Virus record (IMG/VR): IMGVR_UViG_3300037484_000428
Location: 1 to 27,877 of that record
Direction: 5' to 3' (one strand)
Length of the DNA stretch: 27,877 nucleotides
Origin: a virus
Taxonomy: Duplodnaviria; Caudoviricetes
The first letter of the stretch is position 1; each line of letters opens with the position of its first letter. The notes under the pieces are model-generated. The model did not search any database, was not told where the DNA came from, and worked only from the letters and a program-made list of their open reading frames with translations. Made by a program: the position numbers and the translations under genes. This document shows positions 18,811 through 27,217 of the stretch, piece after piece.

Positions 18811-19613
18811 CACTGATCTCCGAAAGCTTGCCAGTACCACGCAGCAGGGTCGGTTGCCTGCCCAATGTCGATCTCCAACAGATCAAGCGTGAACTGCGTC
18901 ACGCTTGGCGTCGCGTTGCGGATGACGCAGATCAAGCACGTCGTCGTCGCGCTGTACGTCGTCGTGGCCGCCTCTGCGTTTGCGCTGATCGAGTAGTTCG
19001 CCGAAGAAAAGTCCGTCGCGATAACCGGGGTCACGCGAGATACGCCGGAATCCGTGACCGAGGTCACGTTCCACGTCGCCGTCATCTGCGGGACGGCCCC
19101 GGATACCGCGTGCTTGCCCCACGCCTTGCAGACACCGGGGTGCCAGTTCATGTCCTGTGGCGTCACATACTTGTCTGTCGCGGTGCCCGCTTCCATTTCC
19201 GCCCGCGACGCCGCGTTCCCCACGCTCGGGTAGAGGCCGCCGTTGGAATCGTAGTGCAGCCACACCCCGCCTTGCGTGAGCACCAGCATCTCACCAGCAA
19301 GCAGGTTCACGTTGGCCAGCACTGAGACCAGCGTGCCGTCGCTGAACTCCACGCGGCAGGTAGTCGCCTGCGAAGCGTGGTTGTTGTACAGACTGATGTG
19401 CTTGACGTTCCTGCGCCGGTTCGCAGTTGTGCAATCCACGATAGTCGTAGTCGTCGCGGTGGTGATCGAGGCGAGCGGTCCAAGGTTCGGAATGTCCTGC
19501 ACCACAGGCGGCGTGGCGTTGTCCGTCTCCATGACGGAAACGGCAGGCTCAACATCAGCCGCCGAGCCGGTAACGACCCTAATGATATCAGTGGTGGCGT
19601 GGAGGATCAGCAT
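18810..19613 (-). CDS. Putative short fibre protein
   Basis: ASRAEMEAGTATDKYVTP fibre-type motif, then KAW..WNVTSVTDSG....VIATDFSSANY tip-like domain; precedes a Tfa-like gene. Confidence 0.72.
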   Translation of the reverse strand: MLILHATTDIIRVVTGSAADVEPAVSVMETDNATPPVVQDIPNLGPLASITTATTTTIVDCTTANRRRNVKHISLYNNHASQATTCRVEFSDGTLVSVLANVNLLAGEMLVLTQGGVWLHYDSNGGLYPSVGNAASRAEMEAGTATDKYVTPQDMNWHPGVCKAWGKHAVSGAVPQMTATWNVTSVTDSGVSRVTPVIATDFSSANYSISANAEAATTTYSATTTCLICVIRNATPSVTQFTLDLLEIDIGQATDPAAWYWQAFGDQ

Positions 19614-19614
19614 A

Positions 19615-19701
19615 TCACCTCGCCGTCGCGCCGAAAAGTCTTAACTTCAATCTTGTTCCCTTCCACCAGGTCAATCCCATCAGTTGCTCAATAAGGGCCA
19701 T
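19615..19701 (-). CDS. 28-aa mini-ORF, possibly a gene remnant
   Basis: RBS GAAAGGA, then MALIEQLMGLTWWKGTRLKLRLFGATAR*; fills the intergenic gap. Confidence 0.4.
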   Translation of the reverse strand: MALIEQLMGLTWWKGTRLKLRLFGATAR

Positions 19702-19717
19702 GATCTGATCCTTTCGC

Positions 19718-20692
19718 TTACGGGTTGCCTTCGGTGATGACTGCCGAAGTGATCGATACTTCCTGGCCGACGCTGATGGCTGTCGAGTTCAGGTTCAGAT
19801 CCGACCCGCTCGTGCCGACGTTCATGTCCACCGCGCACGTTCCGGTTGAATCCACGACTCTCGACCAAGTTGCCGTCCCAGTTGCATTGGCAGCTGCATC
19901 CGCCGTGATCGCACTGAATGTCATCACGCCAGAGGCCGCTGCTGCAGCACATGGATCCGAACAGGTCATCTCTGCGAGAAGTGTCGTTGCCGTACCGCAG
20001 GTTGCTGGTCTGGAGCCGTCGTAGATCCGCCAGAGTCCCGCACCCGCTCCTGCGTCGATGAAGTCCCGCACCTGGTTCATCCGGTTGGACCTGAGCGTAC
20101 TGTTGTAAGCCAACGCGAAGATCAGAGGCGAGAAGAGCCGACGGAGGAGCTCGAAGAGGGACTCAACGATCATTCCGCCAGGTCCCATCGCAAGAGCGTA
20201 GCCCCCTTGCGGATTCGCCGTTACCGGCTTCTCGGCTTTCTCATAGATCTTGTGCTCGGGCTTGGCCATCTGCTCCAAGACCCAGGTTTGTGCAGCGGTG
20301 TCTGCTTGGTCTCTTGTGTCGGCTACACCAACTTGCTCTGCAACTTGGTAGACAGGTTTCGGATGAGCCTCGTAGATCTGTGCGCACAGATCCCTGCGAG
20401 CGTCCTGCATCTCGCGGACCTTTTGCTGATCTTCTGCTGACATCTGCAAGTACTCGTGTTGCTTTACCGGGATATCTGCGGGGTACTGAGGCAGCGCGAC
20501 ATCCGGCCGTTCTGTCGTTCTGTTCCCTTGGAAGTCCCAGGCGATCGGTTTGTATGCCGAGATCGTCGCTTGCCAGCGATAGCCGAGGCCATCTTCGCCA
20601 TCCACCACAATATGCCAGTGAACGATGAATTTCTCCCGAGGGTAGTCGGCGACATTGATCAGTGCCACTTTGCGCGCTTGCTTCGTTGCCAT
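19718..20692 (-). CDS. Virion structural protein with long N-terminal extension
   Basis: RBS AAGGAG; C-terminal ~130 aa ALAYNSTLRSNRM..RIYDGSRPA..LLAE..ATGTATW.R..GSDLNLNST.I..G..VSITS..ITEGN resembles a common small phage structural family. Confidence 0.78.
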   Translation of the reverse strand: MATKQARKVALINVADYPREKFIVHWHIVVDGEDGLGYRWQATISAYKPIAWDFQGNRTTERPDVALPQYPADIPVKQHEYLQMSAEDQQKVREMQDARRDLCAQIYEAHPKPVYQVAEQVGVADTRDQADTAAQTWVLEQMAKPEHKIYEKAEKPVTANPQGGYALAMGPGGMIVESLFELLRRLFSPLIFALAYNSTLRSNRMNQVRDFIDAGAGAGLWRIYDGSRPATCGTATTLLAEMTCSDPCAAAAASGVMTFSAITADAAANATGTATWSRVVDSTGTCAVDMNVGTSGSDLNLNSTAISVGQEVSITSAVITEGNP

Positions 20693-20730
20693 GGTGCTCT
20701 CCTTGCTAAAGTTATGGTGACTGTTAGTCG

Positions 20731-22149
20731 CTAACCGCGTGTATCAGGGGCTTCCGTTGCTGCTGGAGCTGTTGCTGCTGGAGCCTCTGCTGGACTTGCT
20801 CTTTGAGTACCAGCTCCGGATCCTGGATTTACCGCTTTTGCTGGAGCCTTCGGCATTGTATCTCCGCTCTTGGGCTTTTCGGGGAGACTCAGAATTACCC
20901 TAGCCTCCTCGTCGGAAATGATCGGATTACCGAACTGAGCACGGCGACTGAAGTTCACAGTGGCTCTGGCTTTCTCCGCAAGAGTCCGGGCGTCTTCGAG
21001 GGGGGACATGTGGAAAGCTTCTGGCCACGTGAAAACCGACTCCTTCGTACCGAGTTTGGCCTTCATTGTTGTGTCCGCGGGCAGATAGCCTCGATCTTCG
21101 AGGAATTGAAGCACAGGTCGAAGGATATAGGGCTCTCCGAAGACTCGACGGCGGCGCTCGATGTACTCGGACCAGTTTGCCCTGTCCTGTTCTGATGCTA
21201 GTTGACCGGCTTCTGACCCCGTCAAAATACGCTGCGGAATTGAGGTAGAACCGGCCAAAATGGCGACCAAAGTCTCGAAAACACCGCGAGGATCAGCGAC
21301 TTCGGAGCCCAAAGGCTCGATTTTGACCCCCCGTGTCCGAATGAAGCGTCGGAGCTGGTGTTGGAACTCTTCCAGCTCATCTTCCAGGGCCTCAGCGTCA
21401 CCAGCTGCTAACTGCATGTCCTTATCCACGTCGACCTGCATACCCCGGTTACCTGTGAGCCAGTAGGTCTCGGCAGAACCACCTGCCACTTTCAGTATAT
21501 CGTCCAGGGTATTGTAGACTTGGGCAAGTCGGGGCTCACCAAACATCAGTCCCTGCAAGGGACGATCAACGACATGGATCAGACGGCTGTGGTGTACCAG
21601 GGTCGTCTTCTGCTGGTTTTCGGGACCAACCTTAACTTCGTATACTACAGGCTGGCCGTACCGCGGATTCTGGATATTGTCCTCATACGACTTGATCTTG
21701 ACGTTGTCGCCGCCATAGGCCTGGACATAGAGGATATCTTCCAGCTTTGAAAGGTTAGGTGCTGGTACCTCAGGGTTGCCTCGCATTCCAACCCACAAGA
21801 CTGCGAAGGACCCGAAGCTGAGGAGCTTATCCGCCTGGATAATTCGCTGCCAGAGTTGGGACTTGGCGATGAAGTCGTCCCACTTATCCTTGACACCACG
21901 CATCTCCGTGAGCTCTGGCGGGTGAGCCCACATTTCCTCTGGTGGCATATCAACAACCCGACTTGCGATGTCCTGCCGTTGATATTTGGCCAGGAGGTGT
22001 GAGTAAGTGAGATTCTGCGGATAGCCGAATACGTCGTACAGCTTCCGTTTCCCATCGAACATCATACCCGCGAGTCGAGAGAGTCCTAGGCGCGACAGTA
22101 GCATCGACACATTCTGCTTGATCGGAGTAACGTTGCCTGGAGTAGCCAT
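20731..22149 (-). CDS. Portal protein (DUF1073-like)
   Basis: Follows TerL; R.LYDVFGYP, Y.RQDIASRVVDMP, GGSAETYW, IPQRILTGSEAGQLAS.QD. Start placed at ATG 22149 (RBS GAGG) instead of 22242. Confidence 0.9.
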   Translation of the reverse strand: MATPGNVTPIKQNVSMLLSRLGLSRLAGMMFDGKRKLYDVFGYPQNLTYSHLLAKYQRQDIASRVVDMPPEEMWAHPPELTEMRGVKDKWDDFIAKSQLWQRIIQADKLLSFGSFAVLWVGMRGNPEVPAPNLSKLEDILYVQAYGGDNVKIKSYEDNIQNPRYGQPVVYEVKVGPENQQKTTLVHHSRLIHVVDRPLQGLMFGEPRLAQVYNTLDDILKVAGGSAETYWLTGNRGMQVDVDKDMQLAAGDAEALEDELEEFQHQLRRFIRTRGVKIEPLGSEVADPRGVFETLVAILAGSTSIPQRILTGSEAGQLASEQDRANWSEYIERRRRVFGEPYILRPVLQFLEDRGYLPADTTMKAKLGTKESVFTWPEAFHMSPLEDARTLAEKARATVNFSRRAQFGNPIISDEEARVILSLPEKPKSGDTMPKAPAKAVNPGSGAGTQRASPAEAPAATAPAATEAPDTRG

Positions 22150-22165
22150 GGTTTCTGTTCCTCTA

Positions 22166-23773
22166 CTATCTGATGCCTGGGATGGATGACGAAACTCTAC
22201 GACCCCACACGATTCCCTGGACAAGTTGTCCTGAACTACCACCTCTCACTACTCCAGTGTCTACTGAAGTGGGACGACCCCAGGTAGGAACGAGAATGTT
22301 TGATTGGTGGAGTTCGTTGAACCCTTGACTCACAGAGTCGACTGTGTCGTCATTTCGTCCGTTCGGGAAGTCTTTCACCTCGTCTTTATGCGCCTGGTTC
22401 CATGACGCTCTGAGCATGAGAATGCGGCCATGAGAGACCGCCGCTAAATAGGGCTGAGAACGAATCCACTTATTCTCACCACCTGATGGTTTGATGGTGA
22501 CGTTGTATCCGCGGAGGACATTCGTGGCAAGATGCTCGGCATATGCCTTTCCGCTCGCGCCAGGTTCCTGCTCGATGATGATTGGGACGTTTAGCCCATC
22601 AGACCGGGCAGTTTCCAGAAGAAGATCCTCAACTCCTGATGGAGGGAGTTTCTCTCTGCGCATGTCGTAGATGCAGGTAAGTGCCGTTGGCAATCCTGGA
22701 CGTCCGTTGGTACCGACAAGGGAGCCAACAGTCCAGTCACCCTTCTTCTTCTTCTTACCATCAGTGGCTGCAATATCCCAGCTACGTGTCCAACGGTAGA
22801 GCTGTGGGTTTTCCAGCTGGTCGATAATTCTGATTTGCTCTGGATCGGCTTTTGTTTCGCCGATTGACTTCGGGTCTTGCTGGTACATCGCATTGAAGAT
22901 GAAGTCCCCGACGACACGCTTGATCTGGAGGAGTTTGTCGATCGGATAGCGGAGGGGCCACAGAGCTTCGCCAACCTTTCTATTGAGGATGTCTCCTTCC
23001 TCCGCAATCGCCGGCATGCGGATGACCGTCCACATGTGCTCTTTGTCGTTCTGGATCAGCCACCCAATCAAGTCATTTAAGACCCATCTCGTCGCCAGAA
23101 TTACAACAGAACCACCTGGCTCTAGACGCGTGTAGGCCGTCGTACCGAACCAGTTCTGGATACTCTGCAGGACAAGATCAGAGCTTGCTTCTGCCCAGTT
23201 TTTGAGGTAATCGTCGATGACGAACAGGTTAGCACCACGACCCGTGATTGGTCCACCAATTCCGACCGAAGCCATTCCTCCACCTTCGGTGGTAAGGAAG
23301 AGGTCTGTACGTTGAACGTCGCTTCGGATCCGGGTATTGAGGATCTTTCCGTCATCCAACAGGAAAGCGTCACGAACGCGACGGCCAAAGCCACTAGCAA
23401 GCTCGGCAGCATAGGTGGAAAGAATGACACTCGCCCAGGGGAAGTGTTCGAGGAACCAAATTGGAGTGTGGACACTGATTTCCTCCGATTTGCCGTGACG
23501 TGGTGGGAGCTCCACTATGATTCTGGCGTCGCCTTGGCTTATTTCGTAAGCCAGGATGCTTGACAGGAAGAGGAGGTGTTCCGCAGGGATCCACTTGCCC
23601 CCGGTTCTGTAGTTCGCGAGAGTGGCAGGTGTAAACTTAACTGCGTCCAGATACTCTTTGCTCCGAGGGTCTAGAATGCCTTCGACCGCAAGACGCAGAT
23701 CCGTTTCACCCGGCAGAACTTCGGGGAGTGGTTGCTCAAATGACTCGCACAGCTGTTTGAAGTCATCCAGCAC
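22166..23773 (-). CDS. terL: Terminase large subunit
   Basis: Walker A PPRHGKS, ITGRGA, Walker B FVIDD, ATRW, AMYQQDP, nuclease motifs SWDIA and NDDTVDS. Confidence 0.96.
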   Translation of the reverse strand: MLDDFKQLCESFEQPLPEVLPGETDLRLAVEGILDPRSKEYLDAVKFTPATLANYRTGGKWIPAEHLLFLSSILAYEISQGDARIIVELPPRHGKSEEISVHTPIWFLEHFPWASVILSTYAAELASGFGRRVRDAFLLDDGKILNTRIRSDVQRTDLFLTTEGGGMASVGIGGPITGRGANLFVIDDYLKNWAEASSDLVLQSIQNWFGTTAYTRLEPGGSVVILATRWVLNDLIGWLIQNDKEHMWTVIRMPAIAEEGDILNRKVGEALWPLRYPIDKLLQIKRVVGDFIFNAMYQQDPKSIGETKADPEQIRIIDQLENPQLYRWTRSWDIAATDGKKKKKGDWTVGSLVGTNGRPGLPTALTCIYDMRREKLPPSGVEDLLLETARSDGLNVPIIIEQEPGASGKAYAEHLATNVLRGYNVTIKPSGGENKWIRSQPYLAAVSHGRILMLRASWNQAHKDEVKDFPNGRNDDTVDSVSQGFNELHQSNILVPTWGRPTSVDTGVVRGGSSGQLVQGIVWGRRVSSSIPGIR

Positions 23774-24911
23774 GAGATCCCCCTACTCTCTTTTCCTCGG
23801 GTATAACGTCAGCATCAGCATCAGCATCTACGTTCTCTCCGGGAGCACCAGTGAGGTCATAAGGCCCCTGGAGATCTTCTTGGGTAATGATCTCAGTTGC
23901 ACGCTGCCGTGACTTGAATTGGTGACCTTGCTGTTGCTCGTGCGGATTTGGGAGACGCTGTTGCTGTGCCCGAGTAACGCGGATGATGACTTCCTGGAGG
24001 TTCTTCGCTGCTTCCGGGTCCTTAAGGACCGAACTCAAGATACCTCGACTTTCACTTCCAGGTCCGCTCCCAACCGCACCGTTCTCATAGATGTTCCCTG
24101 TTCTCTGGGCAAGAGATCGGATGATCATCTCGAAGCTTGTGTCCTCCGGAGTCTCCTTCTGGCTTAAGGGGCCAGCTGCTGGGAGGCCGACACTCACTCG
24201 CTGGATGCCGACAAGCTTCTGGAGAAGGTCGGCCGCCGTTTGAGGCTTCATGTTCTCGAAGAACTTCGGTGTGTCGAGAACCTTCTCCTTTAATTGTAGG
24301 AGAAGGCGTGCTGCAAGTGTGTAGTGCTCATCTTCCACCGACATTTGACGTTTTAGTCGGAGGTGGCGATACGCAGCCTCCTTGTAGACGTCGTGAGCTC
24401 GGCTTCTGGGGCGCCAGATGTAGAGGACGCTGAACTCGTACAGGAGATTGTTGAGGAGCTTCGGTGTCCATTGCTCTTTACTTGCGAGGGGCTGGACTTG
24501 GTTTACAAGCTGGAGGAGCTCCTCGTTCGTCGAGAGCTTGGTTAGTTCACGAGGGCCTTCGCGTATCTCCTCCAGGTACATCTGAAAGGCACCATACGCG
24601 AAGCCGGGTTCGAAGTCGAGCTTGTGCCAGAAGGGGCGACCATCTGGGAGTGTTGGATATCCGTATTCGAAGCTGAGGTCGCTGTAGGCGTTCTTGAGAG
24701 CTTGAACCTCGTCTGCCTCCGCTCCTGCTTCTGCCCCCTCTTGGCGTGATGTTGGGAGGAGGTCGACTCGGTAGTAACCTACTGGGAGACCCTCTGCTGT
24801 CGAGGGGACCCTTGGTTGAGCCTTCTGGAGGAGTTGGGCCCTGTAACTTAGAACAGGGTGACCGTTTCCATTGATCGGTTGGACCTCTGTCATGAGAGTA
24901 GGGGCGTTCAC
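23763..24911 (-). CDS. Putative terminase small subunit (long form)
   Basis: First gene of the operon, overlapping the TerL start; W...EP..AYGAF..YLE...GPR.L and W..R..AHD motifs. Function inferred mostly from position. Confidence 0.55.
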   Translation of the reverse strand: MNAPTLMTEVQPINGNGHPVLSYRAQLLQKAQPRVPSTAEGLPVGYYRVDLLPTSRQEGAEAGAEADEVQALKNAYSDLSFEYGYPTLPDGRPFWHKLDFEPGFAYGAFQMYLEEIREGPRELTKLSTNEELLQLVNQVQPLASKEQWTPKLLNNLLYEFSVLYIWRPRSRAHDVYKEAAYRHLRLKRQMSVEDEHYTLAARLLLQLKEKVLDTPKFFENMKPQTAADLLQKLVGIQRVSVGLPAAGPLSQKETPEDTSFEMIIRSLAQRTGNIYENGAVGSGPGSESRGILSSVLKDPEAAKNLQEVIIRVTRAQQQRLPNPHEQQQGHQFKSRQRATEIITQEDLQGPYDLTGAPGENVDADADADVIPEEKRVGGSRAG

Positions 24912-24974
24912 ATCTTGATTATATAGTCTTTGTCTGGAAGTATCAACAGGAATCTTTGGGTCAAATTGGGGTCA
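24912..24974 (-). promoter_or_regulatory. Sigma70-like promoter for the packaging operon, predicted leaderless
   Basis: TTGATA(24946-24941)-17 bp-TATAAT(24923-24918)-6 nt-GTG; upstream ATTCCTG and tandem TGACCC repeats. Confidence 0.75.
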
Positions 24975-25075
24975 TGTTTTCATGGGCCGAATAGTTTGTA
25001 GGATTTTTTGACGTTTGTCGGGACCCTGCCGGATTACACATACGCGCAACTAATCTGTCGATACGAAATATCACG

Positions 25076-25110
25076 TAGCCATCCTATCAGGATGGCGATA
25101 TAATATATAC
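25076..25110 (+). promoter_or_regulatory. Rightward promoter P1 with palindromic operator-like spacer
   Basis: TAGCCA(25076-81)-17 bp-TATAAT(25099-104); GCCATCCT-ATC-AGGATGGC at 25078-25096. Confidence 0.68.
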
Positions 25111-25162
25111 ATGTAAGATTAAATAGTCATCCTGACTATTCTTACATAAAAGAAAGGCAAAC

Positions 25163-25375
25163 ATGAGCTCGATTCAGAAACAGACTGAAGTCAGTAAAGA
25201 AGTCGAAGTAGTCTTCGACGCGGCAGCCTATGTCAAGCAGCATGTAACAAAGTCTGGCGCGATTCGCGCGCTGACTGTCGAAGGCAAGTCGCGTAGCGAG
25301 ATCGCGAAGATGCTGAAGATTCGCTATCAACACGTCAGAAACGTCTTGATCACGCCGATCAAGAAAGCGAAGTAG
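25163..25375 (+). CDS. Small HTH-like DNA-binding protein (paralogue 1)
   Basis: RBS GAAAGG; KSGAIRAL..EGKSRSEIAKMLKIRYQHVRNVL. Confidence 0.85.
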   Translation: MSSIQKQTEVSKEVEVVFDAAAYVKQHVTKSGAIRALTVEGKSRSEIAKMLKIRYQHVRNVLITPIKKAK

Positions 25376-25439
25376 CGCGACGAAGCAGCGATGCGATCAG
25401 ATCATCGATCGCATCGCTGATCGTTCACAGGAGAGCGAC

Positions 25440-25535
25440 ATGACGTTAGTACTAGTAGTTGTGGTGGCAACAAGTCTCATCATCTACTTCGGGGCAGTAC
25501 GTCCTACTCTCAGGCGACTAGGAGTCCTGGACTAG
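25440..25535 (+). CDS. 31-aa single-pass membrane peptide
   Basis: RBS AGGAG; MTLVLVVVVATSLIIYFGAVRPTLRRLGVLD*; preceded by a perfect 13-bp hairpin at 25386-25419. Confidence 0.65.
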   Translation: MTLVLVVVVATSLIIYFGAVRPTLRRLGVLD

Positions 25536-25537
25536 AC

Positions 25538-25570
25538 GAGAGGGCCTCTAGACGGGGCCCTTCTCTCTTT
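25538..25570 (+). terminator. Intrinsic terminator T1
   Basis: AGGGCCTC-TAGAC-GGGGCCCT followed by TCTCTCTTT. Confidence 0.65.
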
Positions 25571-25755
25571 AGGTGGGGGGACTAGTCACATAGCGACGGA
25601 CCGGGCCGTCTACCTTTATTGGCCTAGTCTGCTAGCCGGCCCGAGGACATGTCCGTATAACCCTGAAAGTAGATTGAATGACTAGCCGGACCGGTCCCGA
25701 GGTGGCTCTAGTCCTAGCCCGTGCGCCGGCCTCCTAGTAGAATCATATAGGCGGA

Positions 25756-25798
25756 CTCTTGCTACCATCATCGTGACCGGCGTATAATATATATGTAC
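25756..25798 (+). promoter_or_regulatory. Rightward promoter P2
   Basis: TTGCTA(25759-64)-18 bp-TATAAT(25783-88); shares CTCTTGCTACCATC and TATAATATAnATGTAC with P3. Confidence 0.78.
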
Positions 25799-25840
25799 CA
25801 TAAATATAGTAGTACGTCTTCAACAACTAGGAGGTCAGAC

Positions 25841-26023
25841 GTGAACGCACAAGAACTATGTCTTAAGTTAGTACAGGATCTGCAAGGTGCGACTAGCAAA
25901 GACGTCGTCAATAACGTCAGGACGGCAGATTCCGACGTGGAACATGAAATTGACGTAGATGTCACGATCGACGGTTACGTCTTCAATATGACTGTTAACA
26001 TTAACCGGTTCTGTAAAGCCTAA
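25841..26023 (+). CDS. Hypothetical 60-aa protein
   Basis: AGGAGG RBS before GTG 25841 (preferred to 25793); MNAQELCLKLVQDL... Confidence 0.7.
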   Translation: MNAQELCLKLVQDLQGATSKDVVNNVRTADSDVEHEIDVDVTIDGYVFNMTVNINRFCKA

Positions 26024-26038
26024 CGGCAAGGAGCATAC

Positions 26039-26209
26039 ATGGTACCGACAGAGACTCAGACTCAAATGGTAGCGGCGGTTCTTAAGGACTTGGAGGACTA
26101 CATTCAAGCCGCAGCCGATAGTGAGGACGATGACCTTAAGAAGCTCAGCTGTGCCGAGCGACTAAAGGACTTCTACCTCTACCAACACGTACTGTACAAG
26201 AAGGAATAG
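26039..26209 (+). CDS. Hypothetical acidic 56-aa protein
   Basis: RBS AAGGAG; MVPTETQTQMVAAVLKDLEDYIQAAADSEDDDLKKLSCAERLKDFYLYQHVLYKKE*; below the ORF track cutoff. Confidence 0.7.
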   Translation: MVPTETQTQMVAAVLKDLEDYIQAAADSEDDDLKKLSCAERLKDFYLYQHVLYKKE

Positions 26210-26215
26210 GAAAGG

Positions 26216-26247
26216 AGGGCCGAACTTGCAAGCGGCCCTTTCTTTTT
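26216..26247 (+). terminator. Intrinsic terminator T2
   Basis: AGGGCCG...CGGCCCT followed by TTCTTTTT. Confidence 0.8.
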
Positions 26248-26385
26248 GGAACCCACGGCCCGGGGACTAGTCCGAATCGCGACATCCGCAAAATGAATGC
26301 CCTACAGTGGCCCAGTCCTCAGGCAGTCATTGGGCTAGCCCGTGCAACAGCGGGTCGGTAAAATCACTATGGCGCCCATATGGTG

Positions 26386-26430
26386 ACCTCTTGCTACCAT
26401 CTTTGGGACCGCTATATAATATAGATGTAC
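26386..26430 (+). promoter_or_regulatory. Rightward promoter P3
   Basis: TTGCTA(26391-96)-18 bp-TATAAT(26415-20); near copy of P2. Confidence 0.78.
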
Positions 26431-26498
26431 GCTCGTAGAGTGTACGGCGGTATCAAGAGGTGCCGTCAGACGTAGTTCTTTAACAACCGGAGCATACC

Positions 26499-26885
26499 AT
26501 GGCGAAAGCCAAACCGCAAGTGCATGTCCCCGCGCCGACGGCAACCGCCCAAGCGCAACCGCAACTGCAAGTCGCAGTCGCAACCCCGGCGCCGGCCACG
26601 ATAGTGGTCGAGCCCGTGAAGATGAACGGCGTAACGGCCGAGAACTTCACGACCTTCACCAAAGAAGTCCTGATCACGGGATACGGCAACAAGAGCGGCG
26701 CGATCCGTGGCCTCGCGGCCTTGGGTCTGAAGCCGGGGCCGATCTCGACGCACCTGGACATCCGCTACCAGCACGCGAGGAACGTCCTCTCGAGGCCGCT
26801 GAAGCGGGACGTCAAGGATCAGCGGGACGCAGCGGCGAAGGCAGCGCAGGCCGCACCGGCCGGAGAACAGCCCGCCGCGAAGTAA
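26499..26885 (+). CDS. HTH-like DNA-binding protein (paralogue 2) with Ala/Pro/Gln-rich arms
   Basis: RBS GGAG; KSGAIRGL...GLKPGPISTHLDIRYQHARNVL; C/G-ending codons like the capsid gene. Confidence 0.85.
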   Translation: MAKAKPQVHVPAPTATAQAQPQLQVAVATPAPATIVVEPVKMNGVTAENFTTFTKEVLITGYGNKSGAIRGLAALGLKPGPISTHLDIRYQHARNVLSRPLKRDVKDQRDAAAKAAQAAPAGEQPAAK

Positions 26886-26888
26886 ACC

Positions 26889-26969
26889 ATGTGGGGCGCT
26901 CTAGTAAAGGGCATTCTGCTTGGGCTTTTCCTGATTGCCTTTGTCATTTGGGTCATCAGGCATCTGTGA
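26889..26969 (+). CDS. 26-aa single-pass membrane peptide
   Basis: ATG 3 nt after the upstream stop; MWGALVKGILLGLFLIAFVIWVIRHL*; followed by a GAGA-tetraloop hairpin at 26974-26999. Confidence 0.55.
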   Translation: MWGALVKGILLGLFLIAFVIWVIRHL

Positions 26970-27013
26970 AGTACAGGGGCGGTCGAGAGGCCGCTCCTGA
27001 ACCGGAGCAACAT

Positions 27014-27211
27014 ATGAAACAGTCATTCAGCGTTACGATGCGTCCCGACAGAACGACGCCGGGAACCTACCTCTACGCTGTTCCGTCCGACAAACGGACA
27101 GCGGCGGAGGTCAAGAACGTCTACATCGGCAAGACCGCGTTCGCAGGCATGCAAACGCCCCCGGGCGAGATCACCGTAACGGTCTCGTACGACGACGGCA
27201 AGACGAAGTAG
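27014..27211 (+). CDS. Hypothetical 65-aa protein
   Basis: RBS GGAG 27005-27008 before ATG 27014 (preferred to 26891); MKQSFSVTMRPDRTTPGTYLY... Confidence 0.75.
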   Translation: MKQSFSVTMRPDRTTPGTYLYAVPSDKRTAAEVKNVYIGKTAFAGMQTPPGEITVTVSYDDGKTK

Positions 27212-27217
27212 TACAGG

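Noticed and set aside
20731-22149. Anti-CBASS Acb1 label sometimes attached to DUF1073 proteins
   Set aside because: Size and position fit a portal, and I see no paired HxT/S 2H-phosphoesterase domain.
23809-23828. (TCAGCA)3 microsatellite
   Set aside because: In-frame Asp-Ala repeat in a disordered tail; not frame-altering.
5392-24676. Numerous plus-strand and alternative-frame ORFs within the late operon
   Set aside because: They overlap well-supported minus-strand genes and show no motifs; expected in GC-rich coding DNA.
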